64,000 nucleotides of DNA from Candidatus Woesebacteria bacterium (GCA_013426185.1 CP058602.1:74231-138230); one strand, 5' to 3'; shown: positions 28,484 through 39,390, counted from the stretch's first letter. Program-made: numbers and translations. The notes: generated from the sequence alone by a model not told the origin.

Positions 28484-29800
28484 ATGGCTGACCAAAATTT
28501 AAAATTACCGCCTTTTTCAGAGGAAGCCGAAGCTTCTGTCTTGGGAGCTATTTTAATAGACAAATATGCAATGGTTGCTTTGGCTGAAATTTTGACCCCC
28601 GATGATTTTTACAGCCTTCGCCATAAATTGATTTTTGAAACTTGTATGGATTTATATGAGGAAAGAGTGCCTCTTGATATTTTGACGGTCAGTGACCGAC
28701 TGAAGAAAAAGAAAGCTCTAAAGAAAGTGGGAGGATCCTCATATCTTGCTGGTCTTGCTAACCAAGTGCCAACAGCAGCTCATGTTGAACATTATGCCAA
28801 GATAGTAAAGGATTTGGCGACAAAGAGGAATTTGATTTCAGCGGCAAGCAAAATTGTTGAGATGTCTTTTGACGAAGGAATGGCAGCAGATGAGCTTCTT
28901 GATAAAGCAGAATCCGAAGTCTTTTCTATTTCTGAAAAGCAACGTTTTAAGACTTTTACTCCTGTGCGTGAGGCGCTAGCTGAGAGCTTTGATCGCTTGG
29001 ATGAACTTCACAAGCAAGCTGAAGGGTTGCGGGGTGTGCCGACTGGTTTTAAGGATCTTGATTCAGCCTTGGCTGGTATGCAAAAGTCAAATCTTTTGAT
29101 TTTGGCAGCTCGCCCTGGAGTTGGTAAAACCACCCTTGCTTTAAATATTGCTCAGTCTTTAGCTGTAGAACACTCGCGTCCTGTGGCTATTTTTTCTCTT
29201 GAGATGAGCAAAGAGGAGTTGGTCGATAGGCTTCTTGTTGCTCAAGCTGATATTGATGCTTGGAAATTGAAAACAGGCAAGTTGTCAGAGGAAGATTTTA
29301 CTGCACTCTCAAACGCGATGGGTGTTTTGGCCGAAGCTCCTATTTATATTGATGATACTCCAGCCCTATCGATTACCGAAATGAGAACAAGAGCAAGGAG
29401 ACTTCAGGTTGATGTGGGTATTGACCTTTTGATTGTTGACTATCTACAGCTTGCAAGATCTCGTCATCTTGAAAATAGGGTACAGGAAGTTTCTGAAATT
29501 TCGCAAGGGTTGAAAAATCTGGCTCGTGAATTGAAGATCCCAGTTCTTGCTTTGTCTCAGCTCTCGCGTGCTGTTGAGCAAAGGGGAGAGAAAAGGCCTC
29601 AGCTTGCAGATTTGCGGGAGTCAGGATCAATTGAACAGGATGCCGATGTTGTTATGTTTTTATGGCGTGATGACGAGGAAAATCTTGAAAATGTCACACT
29701 TGATATAGCAAAACACAGAAACGGTCCACTGGCTTCTATAAAGCTCTATTTCAAAGGGGATAGAATTAGGTTTTATGGAAGAGAGACGAAGAGAGAGTAG
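28484..29800 (+). CDS. dnaB: Replicative DNA helicase
   Basis: AARPGVGKT, FSLEM, VDYLQL, LRESGSIEQDAD, KHRNGP. Confidence 0.98.
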   Translation: MADQNLKLPPFSEEAEASVLGAILIDKYAMVALAEILTPDDFYSLRHKLIFETCMDLYEERVPLDILTVSDRLKKKKALKKVGGSSYLAGLANQVPTAAHVEHYAKIVKDLATKRNLISAASKIVEMSFDEGMAADELLDKAESEVFSISEKQRFKTFTPVREALAESFDRLDELHKQAEGLRGVPTGFKDLDSALAGMQKSNLLILAARPGVGKTTLALNIAQSLAVEHSRPVAIFSLEMSKEELVDRLLVAQADIDAWKLKTGKLSEEDFTALSNAMGVLAEAPIYIDDTPALSITEMRTRARRLQVDVGIDLLIVDYLQLARSRHLENRVQEVSEISQGLKNLARELKIPVLALSQLSRAVEQRGEKRPQLADLRESGSIEQDADVVMFLWRDDEENLENVTLDIAKHRNGPLASIKLYFKGDRIRFYGRETKRE

Positions 29801-29802
29801 AC

Positions 29803-30055
29803 GCCGGAAGACGGTATTTTAGTATCTAATATCTTGTATTATGTATTATGCAGGAAATACAAGTAGAAAGTAGAACGTAGTAAGTAGTAAGTAGTAAGTA
29901 GAAAGCAAAATTCTATAATCTATAATCCAAAATCTATAATCTAATTAGAAAGTTTTGACTTTTGAGTTTTGAGTTTTGAATTATATTTTTGACTTTTGAG
30001 TTTTAATTTTTGAGTTAATTTGTTAACTGTTAATTGTTATATTGTAATTTTATTC
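29803..30055 (+). repeat. Heptamer mosaic block B6 (forward)
   Basis: (GTATTAT)n-CAGGAAATACA-(AGTAGTA)n-(TCTATAA)n-(TTTTGAG)n-(TTGTTAA)n. Confidence 0.93.
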
Positions 30056-30062
30056 CGGGCCT

Positions 30063-30659
30063 ATGTTATTTTACGAAATTTTTCTTAACCTATTAGGTTT
30101 CTTTATTTTCCTTTTTGTTTTCTGGAAAAAGCTGAAAGAGGATTACCTCTCGAGCCAGATTTTTACAACAGCTTTTTATGTTATCTTTTTGGCATCTATT
30201 TTTCTATTGGTTTCTCATTTTTTATTGCCTAACTTTTGGTTTTGGGCTTTATTTTTGGCATTTTTGACTGGAGTTTTTTTGGGAAGGTGGCGATTTTCTC
30301 TTCATTTTTATGAGGTTTATGAGGCAGGAATAGTGGGGCTTTTGCCTTGGTTAAGCTTCTTTTTTCTTCTTGATGCCATGAAGACAACTAGCTGGTATTC
30401 TTTTTGTGGTTTTTTGTTTAGTTGGCTTTTGGTCTTGCTTTATATTTTCCTAAATCTTCACTATAAGAGCTTCAGTTGGTACAAGTCGGGCAAAGTTGGT
30501 TTTTCGGCTTTGGTGGTGACAATAGTCTTCTTTTTGGCAAGGATGATAGTTGCTATTTTTTTTCCCTCTATGGTATCCTTAAGTGGTAGCTTTGAGGCAC
30601 TTATTTCTGGTATCTTTTCTTTTTTTTCTTTTCTGTTATTATTTATTTTGTCAAGATGA
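30063..30659 (+). CDS. Integral membrane hypothetical protein
   Basis: About 7 hydrophobic segments, WYKSGKVGF. Confidence 0.75.
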   Translation: MLFYEIFLNLLGFFIFLFVFWKKLKEDYLSSQIFTTAFYVIFLASIFLLVSHFLLPNFWFWALFLAFLTGVFLGRWRFSLHFYEVYEAGIVGLLPWLSFFFLLDAMKTTSWYSFCGFLFSWLLVLLYIFLNLHYKSFSWYKSGKVGFSALVVTIVFFLARMIVAIFFPSMVSLSGSFEALISGIFSFFSFLLLFILSR

Positions 30660-31078
30660 AAAAAATTAAGAATAATGATAAGAAAAAACAGTCTAGGGTC
30701 GATAAACGGCCAGTTAGGTTCCCTGCCAATTTGCTTCAGCCTGTGGGAAAGTTTTTACAGGAGAGGTTGGCTAAATTGGAAAAGACGAAGAAAAATATAG
30801 AGGAAGAGGATCCGTTTCGCGATTCTGACCGTTTGTCTGACAATGCTTTTCCCGATACTGACGCAGCTGAACAATTTGGTCACACTCGAGTGTCTGCTAT
30901 TAAGAAGGAACTTGATAGGAAAATAATTCAAACTAGAAAAGCTCTAACGAGACTGAAAATAGGCAAATATGGTATTTGTGAGAATTGCGGCGAGATGATA
31001 GATACCGACCGTCTTCTTGTTTATCCTGAGGCTACTCTTTGTGTTAAATGTCAAAAGGAAAAGGAAAAGGAAAAGTAG
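30656..31078 (+). CDS. TraR/DksA C4-type zinc finger protein
   Basis: GKYGICENCG...RLLVYPEATLCVKC. Confidence 0.92.
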   Translation: MKKIKNNDKKKQSRVDKRPVRFPANLLQPVGKFLQERLAKLEKTKKNIEEEDPFRDSDRLSDNAFPDTDAAEQFGHTRVSAIKKELDRKIIQTRKALTRLKIGKYGICENCGEMIDTDRLLVYPEATLCVKCQKEKEKEK

Positions 31079-31803
31079 GAAATAACCTCAAGCCTCAAGT
31101 AATTTACGAAGATGGTTTTTTGTTGGTTTTAGATAAGCCCTCTGGTTGGATTACGAATTCTGCTTTCACAGTAGGCAAAAACCCTGTTGTTCAGGACTTT
31201 ATTCTTAATAATTTTGATTTTGAGATAGCCAAAAATCGGGATTTAAGGTCTGGAATAGTACATCGTTTGGATAAAGATACTAGCGGTCTTCTCTTGGTAG
31301 CCAAAACAGAAAGAGCTTTTAGAGCTCTCCAGAGCCAATTTAAGAGGAGGATGGTAGAAAAAAGATACTTGGCTTTAGTTCATCAAAAATTAGAGCCTGA
31401 AGAAGGCGAGATAAAAGCTCCTGTGGGCCGTTTGCCTTGGAATCGGGAAAGATTTGGTGTTTTGCCGGGTGGAAGGGAAGCGTTTACAAAGTATAAAGTC
31501 TTGAAAAATTTTAAGCATCCTGAAAATGCTGATACTTTTTCCTTGGTGGAAGTAGCTCCAAAAACCGGCAGAACTCATCAGATAAGAATTCATTTTAAGT
31601 ATATTGGACATCCTTTGGTCTCAGATGCTTTTTATGCTGGCCGGAAAACCTCGCGCCGAGATCTAGTGTGGTGCCCAAGACTTTTTTTACATGCTTTCTT
31701 TTTGTCGTTTAATCATCCACAGACGAGTAAAAGTTTAGAAATTAAGATTGACTTACCATCTGATCTTAAAAAAACTCTGGATTTTTTGATTGAGTTAGAA
31801 TAA
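31048..31803 (+). CDS. RluA family pseudouridine synthase
   Basis: DKPSG, VHRLDKDTSG, TGRTHQIR, LFLHA. Confidence 0.95.
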   Translation: MSKGKGKGKVGNNLKPQVIYEDGFLLVLDKPSGWITNSAFTVGKNPVVQDFILNNFDFEIAKNRDLRSGIVHRLDKDTSGLLLVAKTERAFRALQSQFKRRMVEKRYLALVHQKLEPEEGEIKAPVGRLPWNRERFGVLPGGREAFTKYKVLKNFKHPENADTFSLVEVAPKTGRTHQIRIHFKYIGHPLVSDAFYAGRKTSRRDLVWCPRLFLHAFFLSFNHPQTSKSLEIKIDLPSDLKKTLDFLIELE

Positions 31804-32250
31804 TTAACTCAAAACTTAAAAGTCAAAAGTCAAAAATTAGATTACAGAATACAGATTAGAGATTAGAGAATAAAATTCCAAATTCTAAACCCTGAACCAG
31901 AATAAATTCGATTCAGGGCAGGCAAATTCCAAATTACAAATTCCAATATACAAACAATATACAAGTAATAAACAAATTACAAACAGATTGTGAACACTGA
32001 ATTTAGTATTATGAATTATGTATTATGCAGAAAAATGCATTGTTCCCATAATACATAATACAAAATACAAAATACTAGCTTCCGGCCAGCTTCGACTAGC
32101 TCCGACTAAGTTCCGATAGCCGGCAACTGAAGTCTGACAGCTGATAGCTGATATCCGATGTCTGATATCCGATAGCCGATATCCGATAGCTGAAGTCTCT
32201 TGCCTTTTACCTATTATCATACTTGATACGTGATTGTTGATACTTGATAC
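31802..32250 (-). repeat. Heptamer mosaic block B7 (reverse)
   Basis: Includes the CCCTGAA palindrome (31890-31918), inverted core (32028-32046), (CCGATAG)n, (CTTGATA)n. Confidence 0.95.
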
Positions 32251-32280
32251 TTTTTAATAAATTATTAAAATACAACTTGT

Positions 32281-32844
32281 ATGATCCAAGCAACAGATTT
32301 AAGAGCGGGAGTGACTTTTCTTTCTGATAATAAACCCTATCGAGTTATCAAATACAACTTGATCAAGATGGGACGGGGTGGGGCAACGGTTCGCGTGACA
32401 GCTAGGGATTTACTTAGTGGTACGGTTGAAGATAAAACTTTTAGCTCAAATGTCAAAGTTGAAGAAGTAACCACTTCAAAACGAAAGCTGAACTTTCTTT
32501 ATTCGGATAAAAGCGTGGCTACTTTTATGGATCCTGAAAGTTTTGAACAGGTTGAAATTCCTGTTGAAGTTATTTCAGACGAGTTGCCTTATATTAAGGA
32601 AGGCGAATCAGTTGATATTTTGTTTTGGGGAGATAAACCACTTTCGATTGATATACCTCCTAAAGTTACTCTGAAGGTAGTTGAGACAGCTCCTGGTGTT
32701 AAGGGTAATTCTGCTACCAATGTGTTTAAACCAGCAAAACTTGAGAATGGTCTTGAAGTAAAAGTGCCTCTTTTTGTCAAGGAAGGAGACTTGATCAGAG
32801 TTGATACAAGAACTGGGGCGTATGTAGAAAGAGCCAATAAATAG
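32281..32844 (+). CDS. efp: Elongation factor P
   Basis: KMGRGGA loop, FMDPESFEQ, PGVKGNSA, VPLFV, DTRTG. Confidence 0.97.
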   Translation: MIQATDLRAGVTFLSDNKPYRVIKYNLIKMGRGGATVRVTARDLLSGTVEDKTFSSNVKVEEVTTSKRKLNFLYSDKSVATFMDPESFEQVEIPVEVISDELPYIKEGESVDILFWGDKPLSIDIPPKVTLKVVETAPGVKGNSATNVFKPAKLENGLEVKVPLFVKEGDLIRVDTRTGAYVERANK

Positions 32845-32846
32845 GC

Positions 32847-33308
32847 TTATTTAAAAATCCACCATAGTGAGGTAATTATTGTAATAATTTGAGTTGCAAG
32901 GCCGGGTAGGGGAGAGGTGTCAACTTGTAGCGACTTCTGAAATTTTATCCATTTTTCTATGAATTTTGACTTAAGATCTAGGAAAAAATAAGGAGCTTCT
33001 ATCAAGTCGGGTAAAATAGAGAAGAGGCAGGCGAGAATAATTACCACAAATTGCCCAAAATTTTGGGATTTGAGGAGCGCTATACCAAAGCCTGAAAATA
33101 GAGCCAAGGTAGAATCAGCGACTACAATGTAGGTGGATTTCTTGGTTACCTTGCCAAAGGTTTTCTTTTCTGTATTCAAGTGCGGATTCCAGTGCGGGAC
33201 TTTCTCAAGCACAAGATGACTTAGGAAAGCAAGAGGGAGAGAAATAATGGGATTGGGTATCGTGGTTGCGATAGCTGCTCCTACCATAACATGCGGTGTT
33301 TCAAGCAT
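32847..33308 (-). CDS. Membrane protein, putative metal-binding (H...SH...PHW...PD)
   Basis: MLETPH, SHLVLEKVPHWN, LPD and hydrophobic segments. Confidence 0.7.
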   Translation of the reverse strand: MLETPHVMVGAAIATTIPNPIISLPLAFLSHLVLEKVPHWNPHLNTEKKTFGKVTKKSTYIVVADSTLALFSGFGIALLKSQNFGQFVVIILACLFSILPDLIEAPYFFLDLKSKFIEKWIKFQKSLQVDTSPLPGLATQIITIITSLWWIFK

Positions 33309-33384
33309 AGGTAAAATAAATCTTAGCTTTTTTAAAAGGATAAATCAATGATAAAGAAAAGTCTTTATTTATTAGCACTTTATG

Positions 33385-33469
33385 TGGGCAAGGAGGGAGT
33401 CGAACCCTCACGATGCTTTCGCACCACAAGTTTTTGAGACTTGCCTGTCTACCATTCCAGCACTTGCCC
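33385..33469 (-). tRNA. tRNA-Leu(CAA), CCA not encoded
   Basis: GGGCAAG acceptor stem, D-loop TGGTA, anticodon arm CAAGT-CTCAAAA-ACTTG, long variable arm, GGTTCGACTCC. Confidence 0.96.
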
Positions 33470-33488
33470 GTATCTATATTTTAACATA

Positions 33489-33933
33489 TAACAGTTAACA
33501 AATTAACAAATTAACTCAAAAATTAAAACTCAAAAGTCAAAAATATAATTCAAAACTCAAAACTCAAAAGTCAAAACTTTATGATTAGATTATAGATTTT
33601 GGATTATAGATTATCGAATAAAATTCCAAATTCCAAGTTCCAAATTACAAGAACTAAATTCTAGATTCTAATATCTAAACTCTAAACAAATTCTAAATCA
33701 CAAAGAAAAAATCCAACTTTGAACTTTTAACTATTTATTAACGCTTTCTACTTACTACTTTCTACTTTCTACTTGTATTCCCTGCATAATACATAATACA
33801 AGATACTAAATACTATAAATACCAGCTTCCGGTCGGCTCTGACTAGCTCCGACTGAATTCCGATGTCCGATATCCGATGTCTGACGTCCGACATCCGACA
33901 TCCGACGTCCGAGGTCTGATGTCCGACGTCCGA
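33489..33933 (-). repeat. Heptamer mosaic block B8 (reverse)
   Basis: (TTAACAA)n,(TCAAAAC)n,(TTATAGA)n,(TTCCAAA)n,(TTCTACT)n,(CATAATA)n,(TCCGACA)n. Confidence 0.95.
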
Positions 33934-33986
33934 TGGCCTGTCTCCTTATTCTTTACACTTATTCTATTTTTAACTACAATGAGGTG

Positions 33987-35702
33987 ATGGGTAATTTGGG
34001 TCTTTTAAATATAATATTTATTTTTCTTTTGGCCTCTTTTTTGGGAGGACTGGCGGCAAGAATCTTAAAACTTCAACCTTTTGTGGGTTACATTATCATT
34101 GGTATTTTATTTGGCAGTTTCTTACCTAAAGATCTAATTGAAATTGATAAATTGGCTGAAATTGGGGCAATTTTGCTTCTTTTCTCTCTTGGGCTTGAAC
34201 TTTCTTTGTCTAAATTACAAAGGATTCTAAAAGTAGCAGTTTGGGGAGGAATAATTCAGCTAGTTTTTTCATCAGTTCTTTTCTTTATAATTCTCTTGCT
34301 TTTTGGTTTTAGTCAAGTATTAAGTTTGATTTTAGCTATTGGCTTTTCGCTTTCTTCAACAGCCGTCGTGGTTAAGCTGTTGTCTGAGAAAGGTGATTTG
34401 GAAAGCGTTCATGGGGAACTAATGGTTGGTTGGCTTCTGGTTCAAGATTTGGCAGTTTTGCCCATAATGATTTTTTTGACTAGTCTCTCAACTAGAGGAG
34501 GAAATTGGTTTTTGTCTTTGGCCTTAATGTCGGCAAAGGGATTTTTAATTATCGGACTAGTTGTTCTTCTGGGGAGATTGATTTTGCCTTACCTTATTCA
34601 TAAGGTTGCTTCCTTTAATTCGCGCGAGCTTCTTCTTTTGCTCTCTGTTATTTTTGCTTTGGGAACAGCTTTTTTGGTTAATCTCTTTGGTTTTTCTTTT
34701 GCTTTAGGAGCCTTTTTGGCAGGGGTTGTTATTTCTGATTCGCAAGAAAAGCATGCTGTTTTTGCCGAGACTCGTTCTCTTCGAGATTTATTTGTAGCTT
34801 TGTTTTTTGTGACTCTTGGTTTTTCTCTTATTCCCAGCGTATTTATAAAATCTTCCTTTTTGATTTTAATTCTGGTTTTACTTATTTTCTTGGTTAAGTT
34901 TTTGGTCTTTCTTCTTGTTAACTTTACTTTTGGCTATTATGGAAAAGCAGCCATTATTTCAAGTTTGGGATTGACTCAAGTGGGTGAGTTTTCTTTTATC
35001 ATTTTCTCTCAAGCTAATCTTCTTGGTCTTATTTCTCCTGAAAATGCTTCTCTTGGGATCGCAGTTGCTCTTTCTTCTTTGATATTAAGCCCAATTGTGT
35101 TTAAGTATTCTTATACTTTATGGAAGAGATTGAAACTCGCGGCTGAAAATAGACCGTTTTTGTTGAAGTACATGCTTTCGCCTGAGAGGAACAAAAATCA
35201 TAATCTGGGAGAGTTGTCAGGTCATATTGTAGTCTGCGGTTTTGGAAGAGTTGGAAAGTGGGTTTGTAAAGCACTTGAATCTTTGGGAATTGATTTTGTG
35301 ATTGTTGATTATAACGAAAAGGCAATTAGAGAAGCAAAAGAGAAGGGTATTAAGGTTATCTATGGTGATGCTTCAGACCCTGAAATTATTAAGCAAGCGC
35401 AAGTTGCTTCTTCAAAATGCGTGGTAATTGCAATTCCTGATAAACTGGCTCAAGAGGAATTGATCACTCATATTCAAACTATTTCTCCTAACGTAAAAAT
35501 TTTTGCCAGAGCCCATTTTGATGAAGATGCAGTGAGACTGAGATTCTTGAGGGTAGACAAAGTCGTCCAGCCGGAATTTGAGGCGGCAATTGGTATTGTA
35601 AGCTCGGTTCTTTCAGCCCTTGGGAAAAGTAATCCTGAAATAAAGTCTAAAATAAGGAATTTAAGACGGTCCCACACCATTTCAGAAGAGCCGTCTTTTT
35701 AA
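33987..35702 (+). CDS. CPA2 cation:proton antiporter with TrkA-N domain (Kef-like)
   Basis: LLFSLGLE, SLSSTAVV, VQDL, GEFSFI, GFGRVG, YGDA; ATG 33987 follows TACAAT. Confidence 0.93.
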   Translation: MGNLGLLNIIFIFLLASFLGGLAARILKLQPFVGYIIIGILFGSFLPKDLIEIDKLAEIGAILLLFSLGLELSLSKLQRILKVAVWGGIIQLVFSSVLFFIILLLFGFSQVLSLILAIGFSLSSTAVVVKLLSEKGDLESVHGELMVGWLLVQDLAVLPIMIFLTSLSTRGGNWFLSLALMSAKGFLIIGLVVLLGRLILPYLIHKVASFNSRELLLLLSVIFALGTAFLVNLFGFSFALGAFLAGVVISDSQEKHAVFAETRSLRDLFVALFFVTLGFSLIPSVFIKSSFLILILVLLIFLVKFLVFLLVNFTFGYYGKAAIISSLGLTQVGEFSFIIFSQANLLGLISPENASLGIAVALSSLILSPIVFKYSYTLWKRLKLAAENRPFLLKYMLSPERNKNHNLGELSGHIVVCGFGRVGKWVCKALESLGIDFVIVDYNEKAIREAKEKGIKVIYGDASDPEIIKQAQVASSKCVVIAIPDKLAQEELITHIQTISPNVKIFARAHFDEDAVRLRFLRVDKVVQPEFEAAIGIVSSVLSALGKSNPEIKSKIRNLRRSHTISEEPSF

Positions 35703-35705
35703 TTT

Positions 35706-36626
35706 ATGAAATCTGCCCAATATTTCAAAAGAAGGCCTCGTCGGTCTTTTAAAATCTTTAGTCTTCTAAAATTATTCTTGGTCTTTTTGTTATTGGTCTT
35801 GGTTTTTATTTTGTTTTTTTTAAAGAAAAATATAAGGGCGGAAGATAAGATTTTGCTTGTTGTCCAAGGCAAAAATGTAGTTCGTATAGTTGACTTTGAT
35901 TTTATCTCTTCTGAGATTGTTGTGGTTGATATCCCGGCCAGTCTTGAGGTTGAAGCGTCTCATAATTTAGGGAATTGGGAATTATCAAGTATTTGGAATC
36001 TGGGTGAAAATGAAAAGATAGGAGGAGGTAAGCTTCTGGTTGAGACCTTGAGAAACAATCTCTTTGCGCCTGTCTATTATTTTTCATCAGAGAAAGGCAA
36101 CTCTTTAGTTGAAGGCAGTATCTTTTCAAGTTTGATTTTTCCTTTCCTTGAGAGTAAGTCAAATTTGGGACTAGTGGATAAGATAAAATTGGGCGTTTTT
36201 TCGGCAAGATTTAAAGATTCTAGGTTGACAAAAATAGATTTGTCTAGCACCTCTTTTCTTGAAAGAACACAGCTGAAGAGTGGTAAAGATGGATATCATG
36301 TTAGAGGTGAATTACCGCAAGAGTTGCTTTGGGTTTTTGCTGACCCTTTGTTTTTGAGGAATAAAGTTTTTGTTTCTCTGATTAATGAGACCGGCAGCTC
36401 GCTTGTAGTAGGTAGGGTGAGTAAGATTGTAGAAACTATGGGGGCCAAGTTGGGTGCGGTTAGCAATCAGAACGCTAGCGGAGATGATTGCGAAGTTGCC
36501 GCTCGGGATTACAACCTACTTTCAAATTTGTCTTTGGTTTTTTCTTGCCGTAAAGTGGAAGATGGAAAATTGGAAAAAAACGAGATTGTCCTTAAAATCG
36601 GTAAAAAATTTAAGGAAAGATTTTAA
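35706..36626 (+). CDS. Membrane-anchored hypothetical protein with LytR C-terminal-like domain
   Basis: N-terminal TM; VSLINETG...VETMGAK; IVLKIG. Confidence 0.6.
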   Translation: MKSAQYFKRRPRRSFKIFSLLKLFLVFLLLVLVFILFFLKKNIRAEDKILLVVQGKNVVRIVDFDFISSEIVVVDIPASLEVEASHNLGNWELSSIWNLGENEKIGGGKLLVETLRNNLFAPVYYFSSEKGNSLVEGSIFSSLIFPFLESKSNLGLVDKIKLGVFSARFKDSRLTKIDLSSTSFLERTQLKSGKDGYHVRGELPQELLWVFADPLFLRNKVFVSLINETGSSLVVGRVSKIVETMGAKLGAVSNQNASGDDCEVAARDYNLLSNLSLVFSCRKVEDGKLEKNEIVLKIGKKFKERF

Positions 36627-36673
36627 TTTGGAATTTAAAATAGTTTAGACGGGGACAAAAAAGCCGTAGTTTA

Positions 36674-37378
36674 TTATTCTTGTTCTTCATCTTCAGAAGG
36701 CATAAAGTCTTCCTTATTGTGAACTAGCTCTGGCGGGGTAAAGGAAATATAGTCTAATTTTTCAACAGTAAAAGAGGGTATTTCCTTTGTTTTTTTACTT
36801 TTTTTGATTTCTTTAATGAATATTTTTACTTCTTTGTTGTCGATACTCTTAATATAGGCTTGGTATTCATTTCCTAGATTAATAAGCTTCTTGAGGCGGC
36901 TATTGATATCGTCAGGGAGGCGCCCGATATATTCATTGTCAATAGTTGTAATATTAATTCTATGTCCGTGAAAATTTAACTTTATTTCGTCTCCGGCATC
37001 AAGTTTAGCCAAAGTTTTGGGATTGCCAGGGTAGGTAAGAGTTACAATTTTTGTTTTACCCGGCTCTTCAATAAAAAGATCTGCTTTAAGAGATGTGCTT
37101 TTATAGCTTTCTTTTGACTTGAGCTTGCGCCATTTTTCTAGGCATTTTTGAGCGATGATATTATAAGGGTCAAGTGATAACACCTTTTTGGCTGTCATCT
37201 TAGCGTTTTTTATATCTCCTATCTCTGAGTAAGCTCGAGCAAGCCGTCCTAAGGCCTCAATGTTCTCAGGATCTTCTTCGATTATTTCTTTATTTAGCCT
37301 TAAGGCATTTTCCCAATCTCCCGCGAGAGCTGCTGTTATTGCTTCTTTTGCTTTTTGGTCTATAATAGCGTTTTGCAT
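36674..37378 (-). CDS. TPR protein with C-terminal HIRAN-like region
   Basis: A...GDWENA TPRs, FIEEPGKTK, YIGRLPDD; ATG at 37378 avoids overlap with yebC. Confidence 0.8.
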   Translation of the reverse strand: MQNAIIDQKAKEAITAALAGDWENALRLNKEIIEEDPENIEALGRLARAYSEIGDIKNAKMTAKKVLSLDPYNIIAQKCLEKWRKLKSKESYKSTSLKADLFIEEPGKTKIVTLTYPGNPKTLAKLDAGDEIKLNFHGHRINITTIDNEYIGRLPDDINSRLKKLINLGNEYQAYIKSIDNKEVKIFIKEIKKSKKTKEIPSFTVEKLDYISFTPPELVHNKEDFMPSEDEEQE

Positions 37379-37429
37379 TTTCTTATCTACAAAAGAATAA
37401 ATGTATTGTATAATTAATGTCAATAGTCT

Positions 37430-38155
37430 ATGAGTGGTCATTCACATTATGCAACCATAAAACGGCAGAAAGAGGCCAAGGATTCGGCCAAGGGGCGTAT
37501 ATTTTCGCGTCACGCTAAAGCCATTGCTCTTGCTATAAAAGTAGGAGGAAGCGCTGACCCCGAACTTAATTCCAAGCTTCGTTTTGCTATAGAGCAGGCA
37601 AAAGCAGACAATCTTCCTAAAGCAAATATTGAAAGGATTTTACAAAGAAGTCAGGAGATGGGGGACCTCGAAGAGGTTGTTTATGAAGGTTATGGTCCTT
37701 TAGGTGTGGGAGTTGTGGTTGATGCTGTGACCAATAATCGTAACAGGACTTCCCAGGAAATAAAAAATATTTTTGAGAGGGCAGGGGGAAGACTGGCTGG
37801 CCCTGGTTCTGTCTCTTACAATTTTGAACTTAAAGGTATGTTTACCGTCAAAAAAAAGGACGATGTTGAATCTCAGATGCTTAGTCTTATTGATCTGGGG
37901 GTAGAAGATGTTTTTGAAGCAGAAGATGGTATTGAAATTTATGTTGCTCCTGAACAGTTTCAGGAAACAAGAAATAAGCTTTTGGAGAAAGGCTTTGAAA
38001 TTATATCCTCAGAGCTTACAAAAAGACCTAAAAACTATCTGATCGTTGAAAATGAAAACGATGCCAAGAGGATAATGTCTTTTCTTGACGCTCTCGAGGA
38101 GCATGATGATGTTCAGGGTGTTTATTCCAACTTTGATTTTTCTCCCCAGAACTAA
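37430..38155 (+). CDS. yebC: YebC/PmpR family protein
   Basis: MSGHS, YEGYGP, TNNRNRT, DDVQGVYSN. Confidence 0.95.
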   Translation: MSGHSHYATIKRQKEAKDSAKGRIFSRHAKAIALAIKVGGSADPELNSKLRFAIEQAKADNLPKANIERILQRSQEMGDLEEVVYEGYGPLGVGVVVDAVTNNRNRTSQEIKNIFERAGGRLAGPGSVSYNFELKGMFTVKKKDDVESQMLSLIDLGVEDVFEAEDGIEIYVAPEQFQETRNKLLEKGFEIISSELTKRPKNYLIVENENDAKRIMSFLDALEEHDDVQGVYSNFDFSPQN

Positions 38156-38158
38156 TAA

Positions 38159-38929
38159 ATGACTAAAAGAAAACGTTTTCTTGTCACATCTTTGCTTCTA
38201 ACTTTAGGTTTTGCAGGGGTACAATTCTTAGAACAAAGTTATAAATTTTGGGGTATTGGCGGCTTATCTTTTTTAACTCTAATCTTATTTTATTGGTCTT
38301 TAAGAGAGGGTTTGGCGTTTAATCTTACTCTTTTGAGCTTAGTTTTGCCTGTCTTTTTCACTTTAGGAGTCGGTTTTTTCTGGTTTCTTCTTCCTACAAA
38401 CATCTTTACACAGATTCCGATACTTATTTTTTATGGTTTCTTTATCTATATCCTTTGCCTGACTGAGAACATTTTCACAGTTGCCGCTATTAGAACGATC
38501 GCTCTTTTGAGAGCAGCAAGAGGAGTTGGTTTTGTTTTAACTCTTTTAGTCTCTTTTTTGCTTTTTAATACGATCGTGTCTCTGCGTCAGCCTTTTTGGA
38601 TTTCAAGCCCGCTTGTTTTTTTAGCGAGCTTTCTCATCTTTTTCCAAGGTTTGTGGCACGTTGATCTTTCAACAAGTTTTGATCGTGATTTATTTAACCT
38701 GTCTTTTATTTTTAGCCTTGTTTTGCTTGAAATTTCGGTTGCTCTTTTTTTCTGGCCTACTACGGTTGTGGTTGGTTCTTTGTTTTTGACAGTTTCGGTT
38801 TATGTCCTTTTGGGTTTAGGTCAAGCCAAAATTGAGGGCAGACTTTTTCCACAGACAATCAGGGAATACCTTACAGTGGGTATTTTGGTACTTCTTTCAA
38901 TGTTTTTTGCCACTCATTGGGGCGAATAG
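38159..38929 (+). CDS. Polytopic membrane hypothetical protein
   Basis: About 9 TM segments; NIFTVAAIRTIALLRAA. Confidence 0.75.
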   Translation: MTKRKRFLVTSLLLTLGFAGVQFLEQSYKFWGIGGLSFLTLILFYWSLREGLAFNLTLLSLVLPVFFTLGVGFFWFLLPTNIFTQIPILIFYGFFIYILCLTENIFTVAAIRTIALLRAARGVGFVLTLLVSFLLFNTIVSLRQPFWISSPLVFLASFLIFFQGLWHVDLSTSFDRDLFNLSFIFSLVLLEISVALFFWPTTVVVGSLFLTVSVYVLLGLGQAKIEGRLFPQTIREYLTVGILVLLSMFFATHWGE

Positions 38930-39362
38930 AAATTTGGTTTCTTCTTAGTTATTGAAAACTAAAAAAAGACACACGGCGTGTAGGGGAGAGGGGAGTCGGG
39001 TATCCTATAATAATATCCTATAGTTTATGAAAACCGGTCATTTTTCACAGGATAATTTTTATTTTTTCACGAAAGAAAAATAGAATTTAACTTTAGAAAA
39101 AGAACCGAAAAGGAAAAGTGAAGCTAGTTGATATAGTTTGATAGAGTATTAAGCCTCTCTTTTTATCAAAAGCGGAGTGTTTTTGCTAGTCTTGTGGATA
39201 ACTGTTTTCTGATTTATTGGAAAGTGTTCTTTTAGTTTTGTTTTCTTTATAGAGGGAATTTCTAAAAAACTCTGTCTTTTCCTTTTAATTTTATTAGTTT
39301 CAAAAAAACTGTTCTCTCTTTTTGGTGTGTTTGTTCCTTTTAGTAAAATTCTTTAAAATATA

Positions 39363-39390
39363 ATGTCGCACAAGATAGATTTTACGACAT
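39363..39390. other. dif-like Xer recombination site (symmetric, 11-6-11)
   Basis: ATGTCGCACAA-GATAGA-TTTTACGACAT: 28 bp with inverted arms, about 670 bp upstream of the xer gene. Confidence 0.75.

Noticed and set aside
39193-39201. oriC
   Set aside because: Only one perfect DnaA box, no dnaA/dnaN nearby, and no visible skew change.
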